DNA of 64,000 bases, taken from a candidate division FCPU426 bacterium (GTDB lineage: Bacteria > Oederibacteriota > Muellerivitia > Muellerivitales > Muellerivitaceae). The stretch lies in NCBI GenBank assembly GCA_963719085.1, contig CAVRAL010000004.1, forward strand, positions 1 through 64,000, given 5' to 3'. Positions 41,401 to 50,269 of this stretch are shown one piece after another; the stretch's first letter is position 1, and the number at the start of each line of letters is the position of its first letter. Under the pieces are notes generated by a model. The model did not search any database. It was not told the origin of the DNA and saw only the letters and a program-made list of their open reading frames with translations. Made by a program: the position numbers and the translations under genes.

Positions 41401-42081
41401 ATGATCGAAGCGCTGGTATTTGATTTTGACGGCCTGATTCTCGACACCGAAATGCCCGATTACCAAGCCTGGCGGGAAACCTATCAAACCTATGGTTTGG
41501 AATTTCCGTTGGATCGATGGGCCTTACGGGTGGGAACCGTTTCTTCCTTGTTCGACCCCTATGAGCATTTGGAACAAAAGCTGGGACAAAAATTAAATCG
41601 GGCCGAGGTGCTTCAAAAACAACGGGCCCGTAATTTGGAACTGGTGGCTTTGGAAAAATTACGCCCGGGCGTGGAAGAATACCTGAACGAGGCCTACCGG
41701 ATGAAATTGCGGGTGGCGGTGGCCTCCAGTTCCACCCAAGACTGGGTCGTGGGGCATCTTTCGCGTCTGGAGATCGCGGATTATTTTCACTCCATCCGCA
41801 CCCGGGATGACGTGGACCGGGTCAAACCCTATCCGGATCTTTACGACGCGACGCTGGAAACGCTGGGGATCAAGCCCGACGAGGCCGTGGCGTTTGAGGA
41901 CTCCCCCAACGGCATCAAGGCGGCCAAAGCGGCCGGACTCTATTGTGTGGCGGTTCCCAACGAGTTGACGAAGCAATTGGATTTGGACTCAGCGGGCGCG
42001 GATTTAAGGATTGATTCGATGGCTGGAAAAAACTTGAGGCAATTGGTTCACGAGATCAATCAGAAACTCCGGGCCCTCTAG
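41401..42081 (+). CDS. HAD-IA family phosphatase
   Basis: FDFDGLILDTE, ASSS, KPYPD, FEDSPNG. Confidence 0.92.
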   Translation: MIEALVFDFDGLILDTEMPDYQAWRETYQTYGLEFPLDRWALRVGTVSSLFDPYEHLEQKLGQKLNRAEVLQKQRARNLELVALEKLRPGVEEYLNEAYRMKLRVAVASSSTQDWVVGHLSRLEIADYFHSIRTRDDVDRVKPYPDLYDATLETLGIKPDEAVAFEDSPNGIKAAKAAGLYCVAVPNELTKQLDLDSAGADLRIDSMAGKNLRQLVHEINQKLRAL

Positions 42082-44117
42082 TCGGCCGAAGGCTGGGCCG
42101 CCGGCGCCGAGGACTGCTGCGGCCCCGCGGGCGCGGCCGTCGTCTGACCATAAAGATCGAGCCAGGCCTTCAATTGGGTATCCGTGGGATTCAGGCTATA
42201 AGACTTTTGGAAAGCCGTAATGGCGTCGTTTTTATCCCCCAACTGCAGGTAACAATCGCCCGCCCTGCGGTACGCTTCCGCGTTTTGCGGTTCGGCCTCG
42301 ATGGCCGCCTGGAAGCGTTCCAAAGCGCCCTTGAAGTCTTTCGCCGCGAAGAAAGTCATGCCCTGTTGGATGAAATCGGCCGCCGTGGCGATGGTCTCCC
42401 CCGTCACCTGAAGCTCAACCCGCCTGTTTTTCGCGCGGCCCTCCACCGTGTCATTGGAAGCGATCGGCTGGGTATCGCCCATGCCCTTCACCGACAAACG
42501 CCGGGCATCAATTCCGGACTGAACCAAATAATCCTTCACCGCCTCGGCCCGCCCTAGGGAAAGTTCCTGGTTGTCTTTGTACTTGCCCCCGGGCGCGACC
42601 GCCTGGTTGTCCGTGTGGCCGATGATGGTGATCCAGCTGTCCGGATATTTTTTCTGAAGGGCCTGCACCGCCTGCTGGATCGAGGTATAGCCCCGCTCCA
42701 TCAGCACGTCTTGCCCGGAATCAAACAAAAGGTCCCCGGCGATATTTTGGCTGTAAGCGAAAGGAATCTTCTTGGGGATATGGATCATCCGCACGAAAAC
42801 GGCCCGGGGATCGGATTGGCCGATATTATCGTCGTCATCCTTGATCTGGAAACTCATCATGTATTTCCCCTCGGGAACCTGGGCGCCGGTGGGAAGCGAT
42901 CCGTCCCAATAAAAACTGGAGGGCGGAACGCCCTTGCCTGACAGCATTTTGATGACTTGACCGTTCATATCCGTGATGGCGGCGCGCCAGCCGTCGATCG
43001 GTTCTTGGCTGACTTCGCCCAAGGTCACTTTCAGGGTTTGACGGCCCAAATAAAATTCCGGAGGCGCCGTGATGGAAGCCGTGGGCGGTGCTTCCCCGCC
43101 CGGCATCAGGATATTGAGGGTGATCCGGTGCGTGTCGCCGAGGATTCCGTAAGGCACGAAAGCGTAATCCAACCCCGCCTGGACGCCCACGAACTGATGG
43201 GTCAAGCCGATGCCCATGGTCATTCCGGCCAAGGAGCCCAAATCATTATTCACGGTGGAATAGCCCGCTCGAAGCGCGATGCTGTCTTTTCCAAACCGCA
43301 ATTTATATTCAGCGCCCAGGTTAAATTTCAAACCGGTGTCGATATAGCCCGTCGTCCCGGCGGCTAACAGCAGGTAATCTTTTTTGTCCAGGAGCTTGGT
43401 CAACTTATAGGAAGCGCCGAATTCATAGCTGAGCGGTTGCCCGTAATTTTCGATGCTGGTCCCGACATTCAACAAGGTCGCGCCCAGATAAAACTTTTTG
43501 TGTTCCAACTCATAAAGGTAACCCAAGTCGAATGAAAGCCCCGCGTTGCCGAACTGCACCACGTTTTGGCCCACCACGGTCATCCTCAAACCGATAATGG
43601 ATTTTTGGAAAAAGTCGCCGCCGATCCAACGGCCCAGGCGCTGGGCGTAAGCCGCGCTGCCGGCGAAATCCGAGGCGCTCACCTGGCTTCCGATACCGCC
43701 GTACTGACCCGTGGGCGTTTCCAAGGAACTGGCGAAGGATCCCGTGCCCAGGTAGGACAAGCTGCCGCCAAAGGCTCCGTCCATATCGATATTTTGGGTG
43801 AAAGCGAAAAACTCGCTGTCCACGCCGTCAATCCACTCAGCGTGAGTCAATGAAAATTGCGTCCCGTCGGCCAGCACCAAGCCCGCCGGGTTCCAAAAAA
43901 TGGCCGTGGCGTCGTCGGAGACCGCCGTAAAGCTTCCGCCCATGGCGGAGGCCCGGGCTCCCATTCCGATTTTCAAAAAGTTGGTGCTGGTGCTTCCCGC
44001 GCCTTGCGCGTTTGAAAAAGAAGGCGAGGCCATAAAGGCTAAAAGCAGTATCCCCGCCGGGCCCAGCACGCGGCGCGGTAAAATCCGGGATAGGTTAGAA
44101 GGACAAATGGATTTCAA
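42078..44117 (-). CDS. PorV/PorQ-like barrel fused to FlgD-Ig, OmpA C-terminal and TPR domains
   Basis: 'FLKIGMGARASAMG...DATAIFWNPAGL', 'DYAFVPYG.LG.THR', 'WDG', 'GHTDN...NQELSLGRA...NRRVE', TPR. Confidence 0.85.
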   Translation of the reverse strand: MKSICPSNLSRILPRRVLGPAGILLLAFMASPSFSNAQGAGSTSTNFLKIGMGARASAMGGSFTAVSDDATAIFWNPAGLVLADGTQFSLTHAEWIDGVDSEFFAFTQNIDMDGAFGGSLSYLGTGSFASSLETPTGQYGGIGSQVSASDFAGSAAYAQRLGRWIGGDFFQKSIIGLRMTVVGQNVVQFGNAGLSFDLGYLYELEHKKFYLGATLLNVGTSIENYGQPLSYEFGASYKLTKLLDKKDYLLLAAGTTGYIDTGLKFNLGAEYKLRFGKDSIALRAGYSTVNNDLGSLAGMTMGIGLTHQFVGVQAGLDYAFVPYGILGDTHRITLNILMPGGEAPPTASITAPPEFYLGRQTLKVTLGEVSQEPIDGWRAAITDMNGQVIKMLSGKGVPPSSFYWDGSLPTGAQVPEGKYMMSFQIKDDDDNIGQSDPRAVFVRMIHIPKKIPFAYSQNIAGDLLFDSGQDVLMERGYTSIQQAVQALQKKYPDSWITIIGHTDNQAVAPGGKYKDNQELSLGRAEAVKDYLVQSGIDARRLSVKGMGDTQPIASNDTVEGRAKNRRVELQVTGETIATAADFIQQGMTFFAAKDFKGALERFQAAIEAEPQNAEAYRRAGDCYLQLGDKNDAITAFQKSYSLNPTDTQLKAWLDLYGQTTAAPAGPQQSSAPAAQPSAD

Positions 44118-44155
44118 GTGGATTTAAACCCCTGAATTGATCTGGTTCAAAATAA

Positions 44156-46663
44156 TTATTCGTTGATAAACAGCAGCTTCCCCCGCAATAGAACCTGTTT
44201 TCCGTTTAGAACAATGTAATAGTATATGCCCGATGAGACCAAACGGCCCTGTGGATTGGTGCCGTCCCAATAGGCCCAACCAGCCACTTCCGCAGATTTA
44301 TACACCAATTCCCCTGATACCGTATAGAAAGAAACCGTCGCTCCCGGCGGCAGCCCGGAAACCTTCAGCTTTCCATTGACCGCGTATTTGGGGTTAAAAG
44401 GAATGGGCCAGATTTCGATGGGCGTCACCGGCGTATTGGTCGCCGTGGGCGGCGGCGGGGTAGCTGTCACCGTCGGGGTCAGGGTCTGGGTCGGGGTGAA
44501 TGTGAAAGTCGGCGAGGAAGTCATGGTCGCGGTGGGGCTGGGCGTCATGGTCAGGGTCGGTGTTTGAGTGGCCGTGATGGTCGGCGTCGCCGTAAAGGTC
44601 GAGGTCGGACCCACGGTGGGGGTATCGGTCGGCGTGGGGGTGTTGCAGGACCCCGTTACCGTCAGATTAACGGTATTGGAAACCGTGGTGGGCGCCGTCA
44701 GGGAGCTCATGGAAAACTGGTTGGAAATGGGACCTGGACAGGCAACCAAACCCCACCAATTCAGCGCCGTTGTTTGGGACAGCACGGTTCCGGGGAAGCT
44801 CCAGCTTAAGGCCGGCGCCCCCGTGGCGGGGGAAACGTTGGAGCCGACATAAGTAATGTCCGAAGGCACGGCGTCGTTCACTTGATAATTGATGATGGGT
44901 CCGCCGCTATAAACCTGCAAGTTGCTGAAATAACCTGTGCCAGCCGTCTCATCCACTTGCCAACCCTGCAACCATCCACCCGAACAAGTCGGAATCGGGG
45001 CCGTGCTATCGATATAAGTAAGTGTGCCGACCAAGGAAGGATTATTGGCAGGCCAAACCTTAGCGGTATAAGTCACGCCGCCACTGCCTGAAAACTGAAC
45101 GTTCACATTGACCGTATACCATACGCCGGGGGTAACCGTAAAAGGAAGTGTGTTGGTACCAGCCGGAGTGGGATAAAGAGTCCCGTTGTAAATGTTGTTC
45201 TTTTGGATGAAAAGGTAGGCGGGACTGCTGTCCAAGGAAATCGCCGCCTTAAGGGTGATGCCCTGCGAACCATTGACCGCCAGGATCATATGGTCGTCGG
45301 CGCCTCCACCCACCGTCACCCCTTGGGCCGTCACTGGAATTTGCAAATCACCTTGAACCGTAAAACCATCGCAAATATTAATTCCGGGTCCATTGCGGAT
45401 CAGCGCGGGATAGTCGCCCCCGCCCCCGCCTGAATTGAAGGTCGATACCTTGCCCTCAATGAAATGATTGCCCGAAGCGTCCGTATCCACCTGCCAAGTT
45501 CCCAAATCGCCCGTGGAAGCCGCGTATTGGGTATAAAGCGTTCCATCGTAACCGGCGATGGAGCCGTTGGAAACGCCTACCGTGTCGTTTTTGTAGGAGT
45601 CATAAATCTGCAAACTGCTGCCTAATGCGTCCCAGCTCAAGGTATAGGTCACCGTACTGTTAGCGGCCGCTGAAGTCGCGGATTCACTTTTGGTTAAAAC
45701 CATTTGCGGCGGTTGCACCACAACGGTCACGGGATTGCTGGGAGTGGTGGAAACTTGGTCGCTTAATCCGGAAGCGGTATTGGTAATCAGGCTTCCGCTC
45801 ACCGCGCTCGAATTGACTTGAGCCAGGAACCAGGCGGTTCCGGTGGCGGCGGCCCCCGCTACCGCGGGCCCAATGTTCCAGGTCATGACGCTGCCTGGCG
45901 TGGTGCCGGTGGAAGAGCCTCCGGGGCCCACTTGAACCAGGGTCGTATTGGCCGGCACGTTGTCGCTCAACACCACGTTGGTCGTGTTGACGTAAGTGTA
46001 ATTTAAGTTAAAAAGAATCAAACTATCCGGCGCGGCGATGGTAGCTCCCACGCTTTTGGTGATTGAAATAGCGGCCGGAGGGAGCGGAATGGTAATCGTG
46101 GTGTAGGTGGTGGCGTTCCCTGCCTGGGCGCAGCTGACGTAATAGCCTTGTTCTTCCACGATCAAATTGTAAGTGCCGCCGGGTTCGCTGGCCGGAATCG
46201 TGACATTGAAAACCTGAGTCGCCGGACAGGCCGCCGTTCCCGCCGTGTTCACGCCTTCCCAACCCTTACCCGAATCAGTAGTGTCCGCCACGCTGGAACT
46301 CACGGGGCTGGTTTGGGTCGGGGTTGTGTTGGTGTCGACCAAAAAAACCTGGTTAGCGGCGGGACAGCTTTGGACCGTGGTGAAATTCGGGTTGAGCGCC
46401 ACGTGGAAACAAGGCTGATCAAAAGTACCGTCACAATAAACAATCGTCACTCCGACTACCGATCCCGCCAGAGGAGTGCTGTTGGAAACCGAAATGGAGC
46501 TAAAAGTAACCGCCGCTCCGAATGAGTGGGCGCTGAACGAAAATAAAAAGAAAACAGCCAACACCGTTGTTCGGGACAAAGTTTTATGGAAAAGGAAGTT
46601 CATAAGCCGATTTTTCACCCGTGAATTGAAAACGTTTTTATGTTTAAACCGGTAAAACCCCAA
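44156..46663 (-). CDS. Secreted DUF11-repeat protein with TPT linker and T9SS-like C-terminal domain
   Basis: 'NVVLSDNVPANT', TPT tract, 'WPIPFNP...YTVSGELV...WDGTN...SSGIYYY...GKLL'; start uncertain (possibly MNFLFH at 46603). Confidence 0.8.
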   Translation of the reverse strand: MGFYRFKHKNVFNSRVKNRLMNFLFHKTLSRTTVLAVFFLFSFSAHSFGAAVTFSSISVSNSTPLAGSVVGVTIVYCDGTFDQPCFHVALNPNFTTVQSCPAANQVFLVDTNTTPTQTSPVSSSVADTTDSGKGWEGVNTAGTAACPATQVFNVTIPASEPGGTYNLIVEEQGYYVSCAQAGNATTYTTITIPLPPAAISITKSVGATIAAPDSLILFNLNYTYVNTTNVVLSDNVPANTTLVQVGPGGSSTGTTPGSVMTWNIGPAVAGAAATGTAWFLAQVNSSAVSGSLITNTASGLSDQVSTTPSNPVTVVVQPPQMVLTKSESATSAAANSTVTYTLSWDALGSSLQIYDSYKNDTVGVSNGSIAGYDGTLYTQYAASTGDLGTWQVDTDASGNHFIEGKVSTFNSGGGGGDYPALIRNGPGINICDGFTVQGDLQIPVTAQGVTVGGGADDHMILAVNGSQGITLKAAISLDSSPAYLFIQKNNIYNGTLYPTPAGTNTLPFTVTPGVWYTVNVNVQFSGSGGVTYTAKVWPANNPSLVGTLTYIDSTAPIPTCSGGWLQGWQVDETAGTGYFSNLQVYSGGPIINYQVNDAVPSDITYVGSNVSPATGAPALSWSFPGTVLSQTTALNWWGLVACPGPISNQFSMSSLTAPTTVSNTVNLTVTGSCNTPTPTDTPTVGPTSTFTATPTITATQTPTLTMTPSPTATMTSSPTFTFTPTQTLTPTVTATPPPPTATNTPVTPIEIWPIPFNPKYAVNGKLKVSGLPPGATVSFYTVSGELVYKSAEVAGWAYWDGTNPQGRLVSSGIYYYIVLNGKQVLLRGKLLFINE

Positions 46664-46858
46664 GTTTGGATGCGCGGAACATCCGTATTGATAAATATAG
46701 CACTTTTTCGTGAATTTAGTAAAAGGTTAAAACAGAGGGTAATTGGGACAAAGCATGGTCCGACTACCTAAAACGCTCGGGCTTTCCCATGAATAAACAA
46801 TTAGGTAATTTTCAGGGAATTAGCCGTCAGTTACCCTAATAACGTAAACAAAGCCGGC

Positions 46859-48445
46859 TTAGGTCAAGAAAGTCGGCTTGTAGCCGATCTTATATTTTTT
46901 AAGCCGGTAGCCCAATTGCCGCGGCGTGATGCCGAGGATCTTGCAGGCTTTCGCCTGAACTCCCCCGCATCGCTCCATGGCGTCCATCACCTGTTTCTTT
47001 TCAAGGTCCGCCAAGGTGCCATCACTTTTCAATCCGGCCGCCGGGACTTCCTCTTTGACATCCTCAACTTTCCAAGAAAGGCTGGTGTTGTAGGCATTCA
47101 AAGGCAAGGGAATATCCTCGACCGTAAGAAGGTCGGATTTCGACATGACGGCCATCCGCTCGATCGTGTTTTCCAGTTCCCGCACATTACCGGGCCAATG
47201 GTGATTCACCAACTTCGCGATCACTTCGGGCGCCAGCCGGAACCGTCCCTTGTTTTCCGCGTTATATTTATGAAGGAAGTGGTTAAGAAGAAGCGGGATG
47301 TCGTCTTTGCGTTCCCGCAAGGCCGGCAGGAAGATGGGAACAACGTTCAAGCGGTAATAAAGATCCTCGCGGAACTTGCCTTCGCCGATGGCCCGCTCCA
47401 AGTTGCGGTTGGTGGCGGCGATGATGCGCACGTCCACCGAAATCGTTTTGCCGCCGCCCACCCTCTCAAATTTTCTTTCCTGCAGCACCCGCAATAATTT
47501 CACCTGGGTCGCCAGCGAGATGTCGCCGATCTCATCCAAAAACAAAGTGCCGCCGTCCGCCAACTCAAAACGGCCCTTTACCAAGTCGGAGGCGCCGGTG
47601 TAGCTTCCCTTCTCGTGGCCAAAAAGCTCGCTTTCCAAAAGGGTCTCGGGCAGTGCCGCGCAAGAAACTTTGATGAAAGGCTTGTCTGCGCGCGGGCTAT
47701 TGTAATGGATGGCCCGGGCGATCAGTTCTTTGCCCGTTCCCGACTCGCCCCGAATGATGACCGTACTGCGGGTGGCCGCGACTTTTTGCACCGACTTATA
47801 AACTTCCACCATCAACTTGGATCCGCCCACCACATTTTCCAAACGATAACGGCCGCGAAGCTCGCTGTGCAGTTCCCGATTTTCTTCCATCAACCGGTCT
47901 TTTTCCTTCTCGATCATTTGGTGGATTTTAAGATTCTGGCCGATCAGGGAAGCCACCACGGTCAGCAAGCGCACATCCTCGTCAAAGGCCACGTCCGCGT
48001 CCTTAAAAAGCCGATCCACGGACAAAACCCCCAAAGTCTCGCCCTTGACCTTGACGGGAAGGCATAAGAAAGAAACGTTTTGGCGTTTGACGTCGCCGCG
48101 GGATTTGGTGCGGTTGAGGAAAAGCGGTTCCTTCCCGATGTCGGGAATAATCATGGGCTCGCCCTTTTCCACGACCTTCCCGGTGACGCCCTCGCCGATC
48201 TTGTATTTTCCCCGGGAGATTTCTTCCTTGGTCAAGCCGTGGGCCGCCACGATGCTCAACTGGCCCGTTTCCTTGCTGAATAAAGTCACCGTGCCCCGGT
48301 TCATCTCGAGCTTTTTGGAAAGAATTTCCAATATTTGGTTTAGCACCAATTTAAAGTCGAGCGTGGAGGCCATGGCGTGGCTGATTTCGTAGAGGGCGGT
48401 TAGTTCTTGGATTTTGCGCACAAAGCGTTTTTGGTTTTCAGCCAT
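46859..48445 (-). CDS. NifA-subfamily GAF/AAA+/Fis enhancer-binding regulator
   Basis: GAF, GESGTGKE, ESELFGHEKGSYTGA, LFLDEIG, WPGNVREL, Fis HTH; no nif genes nearby. Confidence 0.9.
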   Translation of the reverse strand: MAENQKRFVRKIQELTALYEISHAMASTLDFKLVLNQILEILSKKLEMNRGTVTLFSKETGQLSIVAAHGLTKEEISRGKYKIGEGVTGKVVEKGEPMIIPDIGKEPLFLNRTKSRGDVKRQNVSFLCLPVKVKGETLGVLSVDRLFKDADVAFDEDVRLLTVVASLIGQNLKIHQMIEKEKDRLMEENRELHSELRGRYRLENVVGGSKLMVEVYKSVQKVAATRSTVIIRGESGTGKELIARAIHYNSPRADKPFIKVSCAALPETLLESELFGHEKGSYTGASDLVKGRFELADGGTLFLDEIGDISLATQVKLLRVLQERKFERVGGGKTISVDVRIIAATNRNLERAIGEGKFREDLYYRLNVVPIFLPALRERKDDIPLLLNHFLHKYNAENKGRFRLAPEVIAKLVNHHWPGNVRELENTIERMAVMSKSDLLTVEDIPLPLNAYNTSLSWKVEDVKEEVPAAGLKSDGTLADLEKKQVMDAMERCGGVQAKACKILGITPRQLGYRLKKYKIGYKPTFLT

Positions 48446-48539
48446 GATTTCCTCGAAAACGGGAGATGGAAGCGCCCATAAGAGAATCGGGACTTTTTTG
48501 TCGAAATGTTACACTAATGGGTAGTGGGTCAATTTGAAT

Positions 48540-49382
48540 TTAATGTACATTAATGTAGCGTTTTGTCAAAGTCAACAGAACGGTTAAATCCCACACAGTT
48601 GTAGAAAGTCCCGCTTTTACAGCTGGGGTAGTTCCAAGGGTCTTATGGACCCGGCAGAAGTTGTAATACATGAAGTGAAGAGAAACAGCGGCTTCAAGGT
48701 TTTCAACCTTCTTTGAGAAGCCATTTGTTTAGCGAGTGAAGCGGCGCATTCCCATCCTCATCGTTAAATTTTGGCGCTCTACGAAACTCGTTGAAATTGA
48801 CTTAATGGCAGGCTTTCCACAAATAACTTCCTTCTTTGCTCCAATGCATTCGGCAGGGCTATAGCGTCCAGTTGAAAGCGAAGTGGTTTTATAAATTTTG
48901 CGAAGAATCGAATAGTCAATATCATCCCCAAAAGCAGATTCAACCGCTTTCAAATAAGGCTTATGGGCATCCGTAGTTAGTTGGATGCGATTAGTTACAC
49001 GGCTTTTAACATCATGCATAAAGGCATGGGCCGTATCAGCGTCCCGATCTCCAACCATCCAAGAAACCATTAACTTCGTATCAGAATCCAGGGCGGTCCA
49101 GGTCCACACATCGCCATAACCTTTAACACCTTGAAATTCTTCTGGAACGTTTTTCTTTTTGGCATAGCAGAAGGCCCAAATCTCATCGCATTGGATTTTC
49201 TGGCAAAGAAGGCCCTTAACGTTTTCTAAGTGATACTGGCGGCATGCGTAACCAACATCTTCTAATAGCCGCAAAACGGTTCCCTTTGCAACTCCGGTCA
49301 TACGGCAAGTAGCACGCACGGAATTACCTTCTACAAGGCATTGGATAACTTGCGTTTGTTTTTCTGTAGTCAATTTGTTCAT
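48540..49382 (-). pseudogene. IS1-family-like DDE transposase with an in-frame TAA at 48729-48731
   Basis: HTH 'EGNSVRATCRMTGV', QCDEIW, TTDA, STSFVERQNLTMR...RFTR*TNGFSKKVENLEAA..YYNFCRVH continues in frame to a stop at 48540. Confidence 0.85.
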
Positions 49383-49388
49383 TGCAAT

Positions 49389-49417
49389 AATATAGCATGA
49401 CCGCTCAAGCATGTCAA
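49389..49417 (-). promoter_or_regulatory. Transposase promoter with palindromic operator, leaderless-type
   Basis: TTGACA-17bp-TATATT, ATG 6 nt after the -10; the spacer contains TGCTTGAGCGGTCATGC. Confidence 0.75.
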
Positions 49418-49546
49418 CACAAGATTCAATCAAATCCCGTGGATTACGTGGAAACCCTGGATTATATGGTTTTTATGGTGATTGAAATGATTGTATGAAT
49501 GATTGAGTGTTGATTTTATATCAACGCTTATTCTCAATCATTGGCA

Positions 49547-49576
49547 TTGACAGGTTCTTGAGTACTAGGTTATTAT
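49547..49576 (+). promoter_or_regulatory. Sigma70 promoter for the cargo transcript
   Basis: TTGACA-18bp-TATTAT. Confidence 0.55.
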
Positions 49577-49611
49577 TAGGGCGGGTTGAAAAACCTGAAA
49601 TTAAAAGAAAA

Positions 49612-49740
49612 AGGCCCTGCACCCTTTGAGTTTTTGCGGACCGAGGGGTACAAGGCCTGAGGAGGTATCAAAGTGAAGATACCATATTAAGGCCTAGTCA
49701 AAAGGGGTCGGGCGTTTTGCGTCCGGCCCTGATTAGGCCT
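49612..49740. ncRNA. Putative structured RNA or leader (three hairpins)
   Basis: GC-rich hairpins 49612-49658, 49664-49683 and 49690-49740 within AT-rich DNA; two carry TTTTGCG at the apex. Confidence 0.45.
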
Positions 49741-49798
49741 CTGTTTCATTAAATATACCATAAAAACACATAAATTCAATGATTTTCGGAGGGGCATA

Positions 49799-50263
49799 AT
49801 GGCAAAAAAAAATAAGACCAAAGATGCGCTTAGTACCGTTTTAAGTGATACGGAAAAAGAGCTTTTTGAAGCTCGTACACAAAAAGAAAAATGGGCTCAA
49901 AAAGAACAAGAGCTAGAAACGTTTGCCGTTGCTTTAAAAGCCCGGATGGGACTGCCTTCTGGTGAATCTGAAACAAAGTCTTCAATCTCCACTATTGTTT
50001 CTAGTTCCTCTTTATTAGATGCCGCAAAACCGAACGCTAAAGAATATATGAAAATGGGATTAAATGACGCTATCAAAGCTTACATGAATAGTGTTATGCA
50101 GGTGAGCAGTCCCAAAGAAATTGCTCAAGCCCTGCTTGATGGCGGTTTTATGACTTCGAGCCCCGCCAGTTTATCAACAATGGTAAGTACCGCCCTCGGG
50201 CGCATGCCCGAAGCCAAGCGTTTGGGGACTGGAAAATGGGCATTAAAAGAATGGAGAAAATAA
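49799..50263 (+). CDS. Coiled-coil plus HARE-HTH-like winged-helix protein
   Basis: GGAGG SD; 'AIKAYM...SPKEIAQALLDGG...VSTAL...RLGTGKWALKEW'. Confidence 0.7.
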   Translation: MAKKNKTKDALSTVLSDTEKELFEARTQKEKWAQKEQELETFAVALKARMGLPSGESETKSSISTIVSSSSLLDAAKPNAKEYMKMGLNDAIKAYMNSVMQVSSPKEIAQALLDGGFMTSSPASLSTMVSTALGRMPEAKRLGTGKWALKEWRK

Positions 50264-50269
50264 TCTTAA

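Noticed and set aside
46859..48445. Calling the regulator nifA (nitrogen fixation)
   Set aside because: Same domain architecture, but no nif genes or clear TGT-N10-ACA/sigma54 promoter in the window.
48700..48760. Programmed frameshift in the transposase
   Set aside because: The downstream part is in the same frame; this is an in-frame stop, and no slippery site is needed.
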